DNA of 64,000 bases from Arenicellales bacterium (GTDB lineage Bacteria; Pseudomonadota; Gammaproteobacteria; Arenicellales; CBDCFT01), in NCBI GenBank assembly GCA_965216735.1, contig OZ244198.1:39649-103648 (forward strand), read 5' to 3'. This document shows, piece after piece, positions 9,822 through 20,071 of the stretch. The translations under genes were made by a program, and so were the position numbers. Position 1 is the stretch's first letter; every line of letters starts with the position of its first letter. Below the pieces are notes generated by a model. The model saw nothing but the letters and a program-made list of their open reading frames with translations. It did no database searches and was not told the origin of the DNA.

Positions 9822-9911
9822 TGACGCGTTAGCGGTTTTAGTAGCAGCAGAAAAATCACACAAGTCGTAGTGATTAGTCGATAATAGGATGCAAACACTA
9901 AAATATTGCTT

Positions 9912-10442
9912 ATGACACCATCGTCCGCCGAAGACGTCACCATCAACCAATCGGTTGCAATACTGATTGACGGGAACAACATCGAACGCAGTATTCACTC
10001 GGAGACTGAAGATACGGGCACGATGCTGAATTTCGATACCTTAATACCACGCCTGCTCGACAATCGCGGATTAAATCGATTGGTCTACTTTCGCGAAGGA
10101 AAGCAAATCTCATCGAAACTAAAAGAACGTTTGCATGATAACTACCACGGATCGGTAAGACCCTGCCACAAAAGTGCGGATATTCCACTGACGATCAAAG
10201 CAACACAGTTGGCCAGTAAGGTCGATACGATCATTATCCTTTCCGGCGACTCTGATTATGTGGAATTGGTTAGGCATTTAAAATCTGAGGGCGTGCGTGT
10301 TGAGATCGCAGCGATTCCTGCAACAACATCCAGTCTATTGGTCGAAGAAGCCGACTATTTTCATGCAATCACTAAGGGCGATTGGTTTACCCTCACACCC
10401 AAGGCGACAAAGAAAAAAACCGGCAGCCGACGGCGTAACTGA
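9912..10442 (+). CDS. NYN domain (LabA-like) protein
   Basis: AILIDGNNIERS... and IIILSGDSDYVELVRHLKSEGVRVEIAA are characteristic NYN/LabA motifs. Confidence 0.75.
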   Translation: MTPSSAEDVTINQSVAILIDGNNIERSIHSETEDTGTMLNFDTLIPRLLDNRGLNRLVYFREGKQISSKLKERLHDNYHGSVRPCHKSADIPLTIKATQLASKVDTIIILSGDSDYVELVRHLKSEGVRVEIAAIPATTSSLLVEEADYFHAITKGDWFTLTPKATKKKTGSRRRN

Positions 10443-10777
10443 GCTGTCAATTGTCAGTTATCGGCGATCAGTATTTGTTGCGGCATTTCTTTGACCGCTG
10501 AAAGCTGAGCGCCGACAGCTATAAATAGAGATTGCGTCGGCGTCCCGCCTCACAATGACTGGCGCCCGTCATGCTGAAGGAGCAAATGCGACTGAAGCAT
10601 CCAGTCAAAATTGTCGCTGCGAGGCGCCGCACCCACAAGAATATCCAAATACTAAATTCTACTCGTGGGAGGCGTGCCCTCACGGCGAGCAGATCGCGTT
10701 CTTTTCGTCAAATCTTTCGCGAGCAAGCTCGTTCCTACCCACTGATAGCTGAAGGCCGATAACTCAGTGCTACAAAC

Positions 10778-11101
10778 TCAAAACTTATAGTAACGTTTGT
10801 TTAGAAATGTCAGTACATCACGCACTTCTTCCTTAGTCCAAGTCAGATTCTGATATTCCTTCCAACGCAAAATATAAGCTTCTATAGCTTCCAACGAACC
10901 CGCTTTTCGTCGCTCGCGCACATGCACAACACTGGTGTGACAGGCGGTGCAATGATTGCCATATAACTCAAAACCACGCGCAAAACCTGCTTCTTCCTGG
11001 GCGTGCGAGTAACCGGCAAAGCTAAGAGTAACGAAACATAAAATCGAATATCGTGTAAGCCACCGTAGTATCGTGTTTTGTTTATACCGATTATCGAACA
11101 C
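10778..11101 (-). CDS. Small secreted c-type cytochrome
   Basis: Signal-peptide-like N-terminus plus a single CxxCH haem motif (CTACH). Confidence 0.65.
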   Translation of the reverse strand: MFDNRYKQNTILRWLTRYSILCFVTLSFAGYSHAQEEAGFARGFELYGNHCTACHTSVVHVRERRKAGSLEAIEAYILRWKEYQNLTWTKEEVRDVLTFLNKRYYKF

Positions 11102-11391
11102 TGCATGCTCCTAACTGTTGGCTGCCTCTAGTGTGTACGAGGCAATACAGTCAAACATTGACTTGGATCAGTTCTGTCGCCGGTAGTGGTCGGGATGCAA
11201 AAGTCATTCCCGGATTCCGTTGTACTTCATCCTGGCTACGCAACTATCGCGCCGGGGCTGTGCCCCACAAGACTCGTCGACAATTGCCAATGGTTGCTGA
11301 GTCGTCGCGAGCCATCTCGCTGTCGATAGCTAAATGCTGAAAGTCGCCTGCTAAAACTAATAGCTAACGGCTAATATCCAACAACTTTAGT

Positions 11392-13209
11392 TCAGCTTGC
11401 TAGACGCGAGGCGCGTTTGCGTTCGTATTCTTTGAGAAATTGTTTGCGTATGCGGATATGATTAGGCGAGATTTCCAATAGTTCATCATCCCCGATGAAT
11501 TCCAGGCCCAATTCCAACGTGATACGCATGGGTGCCGCTAACGACACATTATCGTCCTTGCCGGCGGCACGAATATTAGTCAGCTGTTTGGCTTTCATCG
11601 GATTAACCGTGAGATCGTTATCACGGCTATGTAAACCGATTACTTGTCCTTCGTAAACCTCATGTCCCGGCTCGATAAATAAACGCCCACGTTCCTGCAG
11701 ATTAAACAAGGCATAGGCGAGCGCTTTGCCGGTAACACCGGATATCAATACACCGTTACGCCTGCGTGCGATATCCCCGCGATATGCAGGTCCGTAGTGA
11801 TCGAATACGTGATACAGTAAACCGCTGCCTGAAGTTAGCGTCAGAAACTCGGATTGAAATCCGATTAATCCGCGCGATGGAATCACATAGTCCAAGCGCA
11901 CACGGCCTTTTCCATCGGGTGTCATGTTGTCTAATTCCGCACGCCGTTTGCCCAAAGCTCCCATGACCGTGCCTTGATGGATTTCTTCGACATCGACAGT
12001 GAGTTGTTCATATGGTTCTTCCCTTTGCCCATTGTTGTCGTGATAAATCACCTCAGGACGCGATACTGCTAGTTCGTAGCCCTCCCGGCGCATGGTTTCC
12101 AGCAGAATGGACAAATGCAACTCACCGCGCCCTGACACGATAAATTTTTCCGGGTCGTTGGTTTCTTCGACACGCAAAGCGACGTTGTGAATGGTCTCGC
12201 GAAACAACCGGTCTGATAGTTGGCGCGAGGTGAGGTACTTGCCGTCTTGGCCTGCGAAGGGTGAGTTGTTGACCTGGAATGTCATGCTGATGGTGGGTTC
12301 GTCCACGCTCAGGCTAGGTAGTGCCTCGACCAAAGAAGGATCGCATACCGTGTCGGAGATGCCGAGTTTCTCTATACCGGTCACGGCGACAATATCACCG
12401 GCTTCCGCGGCATCAACTTCAATACGTTCCAGTCCCATGAATCCAAATATTTGCAGCACACGACCGGGGCGCTGATTTCCTTCCCGGTCGACGACGCGAA
12501 CGGGCGAATTTGGAATAATTTTCCCGCGTTTGATGCGGCCGATGCCGATGGCGCCAACATAGGATGTGTAATCCAATGACGATATTTGCATTTGGAAGGG
12601 TCCATCCGAATCGACATCGGGGTAGGGTGTATGCTCAATAATAGTTTCGAACAGTGGCGCGAGATTATCGCCGGGTTGATTCATATCGAGTGTCGCGGTT
12701 CCCTGGGTGGCTGAGGTATATACAACCGGGAAATCCAATTGTTCATCCGTCGCGCCCAAACGGTCGAACAAATCGAATGTGTCGTTCACCACTCGGTACG
12801 GGTTCGCGCCGTCACGATCAATTTTATTGACCACTACAATGGGTTTCAATCCGTGTGCGAATGCTTTTTGGGTAACGAAACGGGTTTGTGGCATCGGCCC
12901 TTCCACCGCGTCGACGAGTAGCAATACAGCATCGACCATAGACAATATGCGTTCCACTTCGCCTCCGAAGTCCGCGTGCCCGGGTGTGTCAACAATATTT
13001 ATTCGATGATCCCGCCAACGGATCGCTGTATTTTTGGCCAGAATGGTGATGCCGCGTTCCTTCTCTAGGTCATTGGAATCCATAATACGTTCAACCGCGT
13101 CGCCGCGTGTATCCAGCGTGCCGGATTGTTGCAGCAGTTTGTCAACCAGTGTGGTTTTGCCATGGTCGACGTGTGCAATAATCGCAATATTGCGAAGATT
13201 TTTAAGCAT
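11392..13209 (-). CDS. typA: Translational GTPase TypA/BipA
   Basis: [26 protein letters not shown]..., [14 protein letters not shown] and NKIDR G-motifs. Length and domain order match BipA. Confidence 0.95.
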   Translation of the reverse strand: MLKNLRNIAIIAHVDHGKTTLVDKLLQQSGTLDTRGDAVERIMDSNDLEKERGITILAKNTAIRWRDHRINIVDTPGHADFGGEVERILSMVDAVLLLVDAVEGPMPQTRFVTQKAFAHGLKPIVVVNKIDRDGANPYRVVNDTFDLFDRLGATDEQLDFPVVYTSATQGTATLDMNQPGDNLAPLFETIIEHTPYPDVDSDGPFQMQISSLDYTSYVGAIGIGRIKRGKIIPNSPVRVVDREGNQRPGRVLQIFGFMGLERIEVDAAEAGDIVAVTGIEKLGISDTVCDPSLVEALPSLSVDEPTISMTFQVNNSPFAGQDGKYLTSRQLSDRLFRETIHNVALRVEETNDPEKFIVSGRGELHLSILLETMRREGYELAVSRPEVIYHDNNGQREEPYEQLTVDVEEIHQGTVMGALGKRRAELDNMTPDGKGRVRLDYVIPSRGLIGFQSEFLTLTSGSGLLYHVFDHYGPAYRGDIARRRNGVLISGVTGKALAYALFNLQERGRLFIEPGHEVYEGQVIGLHSRDNDLTVNPMKAKQLTNIRAAGKDDNVSLAAPMRITLELGLEFIGDDELLEISPNHIRIRKQFLKEYERKRASRLAS

Positions 13210-13383
13210 TTACAGCGAAGCGGAAGTAGAAAGGCGCGCGATTGTAACGGAAATCGGCCCGAAACTCAGCGGGTTTTTACGATCGCTAACAAGTGAGTCC
13301 CGCCACAGGATGGCGCTGACGAAATTATCGAACATCTGGTAACCTCTTGTTAGTTTCCAATTTACTTTTAAAGAGATTTCGCT

Positions 13384-13788
13384 ATGGACCCCAGTATTAA
13401 GAATTTAGAAATTAACATGGACGCCACGGATTTGTATCGGGAGGACACCATCACTGATCGTCGTGCTGGCACCATTCGACGGCTAACACCGATTACATCC
13501 GATGGTGCCGACGATAGTTCCCGAAGTGTGGTTTATGTTGGTCAAGCACAACTGGCAACACCCATGGGTGCTCTGCCTATCGGCTTTGAGATCGATGCCG
13601 TATCGCTGAACGATGCAATCGCTAAATTTCCAGAAGCCGCGAAACTCGCGGTCGCCGAAACGGTCAAGGAGATGAAAGAGTTACAACGTGAAGCGGCTTC
13701 CTCAATTGTGGTACCAGAAACTGGAGCCACAGGTTTGGGTGGACCCAGTGGTTTCGGTGGTCCCGGTGGCAAAATTCAAGTGCCGTAG
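13384..13788 (+). CDS. Conserved hypothetical protein
   Basis: Clean ORF with a Gly-rich C-terminal tail. No family that I can name. Confidence 0.5.
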   Translation: MDPSIKNLEINMDATDLYREDTITDRRAGTIRRLTPITSDGADDSSRSVVYVGQAQLATPMGALPIGFEIDAVSLNDAIAKFPEAAKLAVAETVKEMKELQREAASSIVVPETGATGLGGPSGFGGPGGKIQVP

Positions 13789-13814
13789 CGAAGTTACTAG
13801 TGAAGGTTTTGAAA

Positions 13815-14255
13815 TTATGCCAGGTCGATGACATGGTTTTCGAGATCATCGGGGTGAATGTGGTCTTCGCAAAGCACTCTGCTACGCACTGAAATACCCG
13901 CTTCATGCACCGTATTCAAATCGCCTGAAATCAGCGGATGCCACCATGCTAACTCGCGCCCCTTGTGGAGCACACGGTATGCGCAGGTGTTGGGCAATGT
14001 CTCGAAAACTTCGCGTTCCATTGACCGCAAATCAAGACAATCAGGAACTTTAACTATTCGATGCGGATAGTCACTACAGCGGCAAGTGTCGGTGTTTAAC
14101 AAACGGCAGGCGACGTTAGTATAGTGCAAACGGCCAGTATCGATATCTTCGAGTTTAACCAAACAACAACGTCCACAACCATCGCAGAGTGACTCCCATT
14201 CGTCATCCGTCATTGTATCCAATGATTTGATTTGCCAAAACGGTTCGGGATACAT
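13815..14255 (-). CDS. ycgN: YcgN-family (UPF0260) cysteine-cluster protein
   Basis: FWQIKSLDTMTDDEWESLCDGCGRCCLVKLED...CRLLNTDTCRCSDYPHR matches the YcgN pattern. Confidence 0.85.
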   Translation of the reverse strand: MYPEPFWQIKSLDTMTDDEWESLCDGCGRCCLVKLEDIDTGRLHYTNVACRLLNTDTCRCSDYPHRIVKVPDCLDLRSMEREVFETLPNTCAYRVLHKGRELAWWHPLISGDLNTVHEAGISVRSRVLCEDHIHPDDLENHVIDLA

Positions 14256-14261
14256 GATTGT

Positions 14262-15716
14262 TTAGTCGGTGTTTTGGTCGTCCATGGATTTCAATTGTTG
14301 AAAGGCATCCAGCGCGCGTTGCCGTGCGAATGCGTGATCGACAATAGGATGCGGATAAGTTTCTCCGAGGCGCACTTTGGCATCGTTTAGCACTTGTTCA
14401 GAGGCCTTCCATGGTTCATGAATAAACTTGTTCGATAGCTTTGCTAATTCCGGTACCCAACGACGTACATAGTTACCGTTGGCATCAAATTTTGCTCCTT
14501 GAAGGGTTGGGTTAAAGATTCGAAAGTAGGGCGCAGCGTCCGCACCACAACCGGCGACCCACTGCCAACCAGCGGAATTGTTTGCCAAATCGGCATCGAC
14601 CAAAGTATCCCAAAACCAAGCAGCGCCTTGTTGCCAAGGGATGAGCAGATGCTTTACCAAAAAAGACGCTACGATCATGCGAACACGGTTGTGCATCCAA
14701 CCGGTTTGCCACAACTCACGCATACCGGCATCAACAATGGGGTAGCCGGTTCTGCCTTTTTGCCAGGCCTTTAATGCGGCAGCATCTTCGTGCCAGGGCA
14801 AGGCTCTGAATTGTTCACGAAACGGACGTTCTGGAAAATGCGGCCAATGAAAAAGTAAATGGTAAGAAAACTCTCGCCAGGCGAGTTGTCGTAAATACGC
14901 TTCAGCTCCAGTGTTCAGTGTGGCGTCTCGTGTTAACGAATTGTAGCCGGCTTGCCAAATTTGGTGCGGGCTAATCTCGCCAAAATGCAGGTGTGGGGAC
15001 AATCTTGAAGTAGTCCATCGATCTGGAAAATCTCGTTGATCTTTGTAGTCGGTTACGCAATGCTCGAGAAACTGTTCTAGTTGTTGCCGTGCGCCTGTTT
15101 CTCCCGGTGTCCAGTACTCGCTGAATTGGTTTGCCCAATTCGGACTCGACGGTAGTAACTTCCAGTCGTCCAGCTTATCCGAATCAAGTTTTTCGTTAGA
15201 AAAGTCGATCTTGTCCGGAGTACTTCTCGGTGATCGAGCATATTTTAAACAGGCATTGTAAAATGGGGTAAATACCTTAAATGGATCACCCGCATTCGTT
15301 TTTATTTCATCGGGTTCAAATAGCAGGCTTCCACCAAATCGTCGTGTTTCGATATCTTCTTTTACAAGTACCTCGTGAAGTTTTTGCTCAAGGTCGACTT
15401 GATAAGGCTCATACCCTCTCGTCCAATACACCGATGATGTACCGGTTTGTTCTACTAATTTGGTGAGTTCTGACGACGTTTCGCCCCGTCGGAAAACAAG
15501 CTGCCCCCGACGTTGTTTTATAGCATCAGCTAACGATTGCAAGCTATGATGTAACCACCATCGGCTGGCGCCACCCCTAATCCACCGGCCCGGTGTAACG
15601 TCATCAAGAATAAAACAAGGAATAATCGGTTGGTCCGTTCGAGCAGCGGCATTGAGTGCTGGATGGTCCTGAAGACGCAAATCTTGTTGGAAAAGAACTA
15701 CAATTGGTTTCGTCAT
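14262..15716 (-). CDS. phrB: Deoxyribodipyrimidine photolyase / cryptochrome family
   Basis: N-terminal DLRLQDHPAL and C-terminal FAD-binding motifs (GWMHNRVRMIVASFL, WQWVAGCGADAAPYFRIFNP). Confidence 0.9.
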   Translation of the reverse strand: MTKPIVVLFQQDLRLQDHPALNAAARTDQPIIPCFILDDVTPGRWIRGGASRWWLHHSLQSLADAIKQRRGQLVFRRGETSSELTKLVEQTGTSSVYWTRGYEPYQVDLEQKLHEVLVKEDIETRRFGGSLLFEPDEIKTNAGDPFKVFTPFYNACLKYARSPRSTPDKIDFSNEKLDSDKLDDWKLLPSSPNWANQFSEYWTPGETGARQQLEQFLEHCVTDYKDQRDFPDRWTTSRLSPHLHFGEISPHQIWQAGYNSLTRDATLNTGAEAYLRQLAWREFSYHLLFHWPHFPERPFREQFRALPWHEDAAALKAWQKGRTGYPIVDAGMRELWQTGWMHNRVRMIVASFLVKHLLIPWQQGAAWFWDTLVDADLANNSAGWQWVAGCGADAAPYFRIFNPTLQGAKFDANGNYVRRWVPELAKLSNKFIHEPWKASEQVLNDAKVRLGETYPHPIVDHAFARQRALDAFQQLKSMDDQNTD

Positions 15717-15856
15717 TTACAGTGTGCTACGGAGAATGCAGAAACGAGTTTATAGGATGACTATTCATAGGAAAATGAATGACTATTGGAGGATATAATC
15801 ATGCTGAATGTGAACAGAACGTATACTTGACTTAAATAACGACGCAACTAAAACTC

Positions 15857-16588
15857 ATGAGTGATCGGTACAAAATCTTAGTGTTTCAACACATAGACGT
15901 CGAACATCCAGGGATTTTTCGTCGATTCTTGGCTGAGGATAACATCGACTGGGATGCCGTTGAGCTGGATACGGGAGAGAAAATTCCAGCATTGAATAAC
16001 TACGACGCATTGTGGGTCATGGGTGGACCCATGGATGTGTGGCAAGAGGACGAGCATCCATGGTTGCAAGAGGAAAAATCTATGATTCGTACCGCGGTGC
16101 AAGATTACAATATGCCCTATCTCGGTGTTTGTCTCGGGCATCAACTACTGGCTGATGCACTAGGTGGTCTTGTCGGCAAAGTGGATACACCGGAGGTGGG
16201 CGTGATGCCGGTAAACATGACCGAGTCCGCAAGAAGCGATGCGATTTTTAGTGGTCTGGATTCATCAATTCAAACCTTGCAGTGGCACGGTGCAGGTGTG
16301 TTGGAACCGGCTCCGGGTACGAAAATATTAGCGGATTCACCTCTGTGTGCGGTGCAGGCGATGCGTTGGGGTGATCACGCTTACGGGATCCAATTTCATG
16401 TCGAAGTTGAGGAAGATACCGTAACAAATTGGGGAAAAGTTCCTGAATATGCTACCGCCCTGTGTAATACCCTGGGTGCTAACGCCCTATCTGAATTCGA
16501 AAGTGCCGTCAGCAAAAATATGAACAGTTTCAATCAATCGGCGAGGCAAATTTACAATGGCTTCATGGGCTTGCTTGAAAAACGGTGA
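15857..16588 (+). CDS. Class I glutamine amidotransferase-like protein
   Basis: LGVCLGHQLLA nucleophile elbow and a downstream IQFHVE motif. Confidence 0.8.
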   Translation: MSDRYKILVFQHIDVEHPGIFRRFLAEDNIDWDAVELDTGEKIPALNNYDALWVMGGPMDVWQEDEHPWLQEEKSMIRTAVQDYNMPYLGVCLGHQLLADALGGLVGKVDTPEVGVMPVNMTESARSDAIFSGLDSSIQTLQWHGAGVLEPAPGTKILADSPLCAVQAMRWGDHAYGIQFHVEVEEDTVTNWGKVPEYATALCNTLGANALSEFESAVSKNMNSFNQSARQIYNGFMGLLEKR

Positions 16589-16713
16589 CAGATTTCAGTT
16601 ATCGTTTTGACGATTTTTTCATTTCTTTTGAACCTTGTAACTGGGAAACGGATCAAATGTTCTGTCAATCTTTAGGAAGACTTACTTCGAATATGGGGCT
16701 TTAGGAGAGTACT

Positions 16714-17178
16714 ATGAACAGATTTGTTAGTTTATCGGGCCGCTACGCCTTTGTGTTTGTGGCCCTTGTATTTTTTGCAACGACGACAGTGAATGCCGAT
16801 GCGGGTGGTGGCGGCTCCTCCTCAAAGCTGGGTGAGGTCAAAAAAGTCATCAAGAAAGAAGATTACAATGCGGCAATCGAGGAGTTGGTTCGCCTGAACA
16901 ATGAAGAAGCTGGTGATGCGGACGTGCTTAACTTGCTTGGGTATAGTCATCGCAAGCTAGGGGATTTCGATAAAGCGCTAGATTACTATCAACAAGCCTT
17001 GAACGTTGATCCAAAACATAAAGGTGCGCACGAATACCTGGGCGAATTGTATTTACAAACGAATCAACTCGAAAAAGCGGAGGAACAACTCGCTATATTG
17101 GATGATATCTGCATGTTAACCTGTGGCGAGTACCGTGATTTAAAAAAGTCGATAAAAAAATACAAACAAAATCAATAA
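16714..17178 (+). CDS. Secreted TPR-repeat protein
   Basis: Signal peptide, then TPR-like repeats (LNLLGYSHRKLGDFDKALDYYQQALNVDP...). Confidence 0.7.
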   Translation: MNRFVSLSGRYAFVFVALVFFATTTVNADAGGGGSSSKLGEVKKVIKKEDYNAAIEELVRLNNEEAGDADVLNLLGYSHRKLGDFDKALDYYQQALNVDPKHKGAHEYLGELYLQTNQLEKAEEQLAILDDICMLTCGEYRDLKKSIKKYKQNQ

Positions 17179-17253
17179 CTGGCTAGAGTTTTTTAACAGA
17201 CGATAACTTCAGAAAGTTTTTTATCAGACTGTTCGATCAATCGTTGCAGTGCT

Positions 17254-17964
17254 TTAATCATGCACGATAGCTACGGCCCGATCAAAACTAGGGTGGATGT
17301 GTTTCAATGCATGACAAAATCTATTGCGCTTTCGTTTGTCCCACATTGCCACAGTGAAATAGTGATTCAAAAAACGTTGTAGTCCAAATTGCTTTAATAC
17401 CGATTCGTCCTCGGCATGCCTGACCAACAGCTTAAAATTGCGAACACGCTTCCTGATCCCTAGTGACCACGGGTAAAAACTCATACCAGCAAGATCAATC
17501 AATCCGAATTTACCGCAAGCGGTTACCACGACATTGGCTAAGTGGATCGAGCGAAAATAAATGCCCTGTTCGTGAAGCAACGCAAGGAAAGCGGCGAAAT
17601 CAGCCAGACGTTCATTGGATCGTGTATCTCCACTCATCCATCCGCGTAGGGTTTGACCCGCTAAAGGTTGGTAAAAAACAGCGTCACGTGCCTTGTCCTT
17701 GATACGCAGGACCTCGATAATCGCTACTGTGGGTATCTCTCGCTTTTCCAGTTCTCGTGCTGCGTGAGCAAATCGTGTGGCGTAGGGGTTCCACGCAGCC
17801 GATGACCACTTGCGCTTGCGACGAAAGAGCTTCACCATCTCCCCGCCGGGTAGAAGCAGCACCTTATCGCCGTGTCGATCACGCGATATCACTGTGGCGT
17901 TTTGGACCCGTCGCTCATAGTCTGAAAGGGATATAGTGCGCATCTGCATAGTTCCAGCCAACAT
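17254..17964 (-). CDS. Kdo/WaaP/InaA-like lipopolysaccharide-kinase-fold protein
   Basis: The pattern HGDKVLLLP...KLFRRKR..., LHEQGIYFRSIHLANVVV and GLIDLAG resembles InaA/'toluene tolerance' kinase-fold proteins. Confidence 0.6.
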   Translation of the reverse strand: MLAGTMQMRTISLSDYERRVQNATVISRDRHGDKVLLLPGGEMVKLFRRKRKWSSAAWNPYATRFAHAARELEKREIPTVAIIEVLRIKDKARDAVFYQPLAGQTLRGWMSGDTRSNERLADFAAFLALLHEQGIYFRSIHLANVVVTACGKFGLIDLAGMSFYPWSLGIRKRVRNFKLLVRHAEDESVLKQFGLQRFLNHYFTVAMWDKRKRNRFCHALKHIHPSFDRAVAIVHD

Positions 17965-17973
17965 GAGCAGCCA

Positions 17974-18717
17974 TCATGTCACCGATGTGAACTGTATTTC
18001 TCCGCTGTTCAGAAAGCACGCTTTATTGAAAAGCGTGAGATCCAGGGGATTCGGTAAACGGACATCCTTAAGTCCTGGACACGGATCTACAGATGGGTCG
18101 TAAGACCGATCAATCTGAGAGATGAACACGATAACGCATCCTTGATCACGCGCGAATGACTTCAGTGCAAGAACCTGATCCATAAGTTCCGGGTTCTCCC
18201 GTTTTTGATCCAAGAGTTGCAGGTAATCGATCACCACGACGGTTCCTCGTGATGCATCCACCATCCGCTCGATAATGTACTCAGCGCTGATAGCATCAGA
18301 GTTATAGAACCTGAATCGATCGTTGAATTCTCCAACATCTTCACCGATGCGTTTGAATAAATCTTGGATGTCCTTTTCATTGTATTCGAGTGAAAAAAAT
18401 ACACTTCGACAACCTGATTTCATCGCTTTGACGACGAGTTTCAAACTCATCATCGTTTTTCCATGACCCGGGCGTGCTCCTAAGAGCAGTAGCTCACCAG
18501 GCTTCAATCGAGCAAGCACTAGACCTGCATGGTCAGCATCGGATGCCTGCCTTGTGAGCAGGCTCCATCTGTTGAAACCCTCCTTGTTGGCAACGCGATC
18601 CAGTGCTTCGTGTAATGGAATCCGTTGTTCACGTGCGAGGAGTTTGGCTCGATGCCTTAGACGATAAATAGGTGCAGACAGCTTCATAGAAAACCTCCCG
18701 TTGCGAGCGGTGGTCAC
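17974..18717 (-). CDS. DnaB-C-terminal/KaiC-like RecA-fold ATPase (stand-alone)
   Basis: Walker A GARPGHGKT, Walker B-like VVVIDYLQLLD, and a downstream ISQIDR segment as in DnaB C-terminal domains. No N-terminal helicase domain. Confidence 0.65.
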   Translation of the reverse strand: MTTARNGRFSMKLSAPIYRLRHRAKLLAREQRIPLHEALDRVANKEGFNRWSLLTRQASDADHAGLVLARLKPGELLLLGARPGHGKTMMSLKLVVKAMKSGCRSVFFSLEYNEKDIQDLFKRIGEDVGEFNDRFRFYNSDAISAEYIIERMVDASRGTVVVIDYLQLLDQKRENPELMDQVLALKSFARDQGCVIVFISQIDRSYDPSVDPCPGLKDVRLPNPLDLTLFNKACFLNSGEIQFTSVT

Positions 18718-18971
18718 AGTCCCTCCTTATGTGTTTTGCTCAAACAGTCGGTTCGATGACGATACGGCTCTATACGTTGTGTATTTTCCCAAATGGAGGG
18801 GGGAGGTCTGGGCCATGGCCTGGATATCAGTATGCACCAACCCTTTTCGAAATGAAACTCCCATATCCGCGTTATTGCGTCGAAAGCCACTTCGGTCCGT
18901 CAAGAAAATAAAATTAGTTTATTCAAGGTGGTCAGTGATTAGATCGAGTACTATCTGTCGCGTTGACGATG

Positions 18972-19871
18972 CTACGTTTTTACGGCAGATTCCATCTCTT
19001 CCACAGTACGTGGCCAATCTTTTTTGAGTAAACGTGACAACGAACGATCGGCAAGTACTTTTCCATTTGTCTGGCACCGCGGACAATAGTTTGTCTCGTT
19101 GGTGGCGTAACGAATACGCTGTATGCGTGTGTTGCAAACGGGGCAAGGTTTGTTAGATTTTCCGTGCACCGCCATGTCATCATGAAACCCAGTGACTTTT
19201 TCCGGAAAGTCGTTGCCATAGTCATCCCGTAACTTAGTAGTCCACTGTTCAAGTGTTTCGCGGGTGGCGTCGTAAAGACGTTTAATTTCTTCTTCCGATA
19301 ATTTTTGGCTCATTGCAATGGGAGACAACCTCGCGCGATGCAATATTTCGTCAGAGTATGCATTGCCAATGCCACTGAAAATACGCGGATCGGTCAAGGC
19401 ACGTTTCAGGGTATGGTTGGTTTTGGTTAAGACTTGCTGGAATGTTTTCAAATCGGTTTCTAGTGGCTCTATGCCACCAGGATTAATCGAGTCCAGTGCA
19501 TTTTTGCCCTGTAATAGATGCAGTGAAGCGCGTTTTTTTGTTCCCGCTTCGGTTAACGACAACAATCCATTATCGAATTCAAAGACGGCGCTACAACGTT
19601 TCGTTGGTGGTTTGGAGTCTATTGTGTGCCAATGCAACCTGCCTGCGATCATCAGATGTAATACCACCCATAAGTCACTACTGAATGCGAACGCAATACG
19701 TTTACCGACACGATGTAGCGATGTAACGGATTTCCCTACAAACTGCTCAAAGGGCGGCTCGACAGTTCGTAGTAGAAATGGGTTATGCAAGTGAACCCGC
19801 TGTAGCGGATGATTTACCACCCGTTGTTCCAGGGCTTCGATATATATCTGAATGTCGGGTAGTTCAGGCAA
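18972..19871 (-). CDS. Fpg/Nei-family DNA glycosylase
   Basis: C-terminal zinc finger CPVCNTRIQRIRYATNETNYCPRCQ. A TTG at 19871 gives (M)PELPDIQ, the canonical N-terminal catalytic-proline start, so I moved the start there from the track's 19943. Confidence 0.8.
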   Translation of the reverse strand: MPELPDIQIYIEALEQRVVNHPLQRVHLHNPFLLRTVEPPFEQFVGKSVTSLHRVGKRIAFAFSSDLWVVLHLMIAGRLHWHTIDSKPPTKRCSAVFEFDNGLLSLTEAGTKKRASLHLLQGKNALDSINPGGIEPLETDLKTFQQVLTKTNHTLKRALTDPRIFSGIGNAYSDEILHRARLSPIAMSQKLSEEEIKRLYDATRETLEQWTTKLRDDYGNDFPEKVTGFHDDMAVHGKSNKPCPVCNTRIQRIRYATNETNYCPRCQTNGKVLADRSLSRLLKKDWPRTVEEMESAVKT

Positions 19872-20071
19872 GGGCACTTCTACTGCGTCTTTTTCCGTGA
19901 TTTCTACGTCACCGATTTTTGCTTCTGCAAAATCGGCATACAATACATTCTGAACATAAACACCGCGCTCAGCTCCTCATGTATTGCGTATACACAACGG
20001 CCTCGCACCAGTGCTTTTTCGCATTCACGTAAAAATCCGAACAAATAGCGGTGCCCGCAAGTGCGGAATTG

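Noticed and set aside
10456-10764. MITE-like element flanking the intergenic region (10-bp inverted repeat AGTTATCGGC/GCCGATAACT; shared GCTGAAAG / GATAGCT words with 11102-11391)
   Set aside because: A 10-bp inverted repeat within 300 bp is expected by chance several times in 64 kb. The shared words are short, and repetition elsewhere in the genome cannot be verified here.
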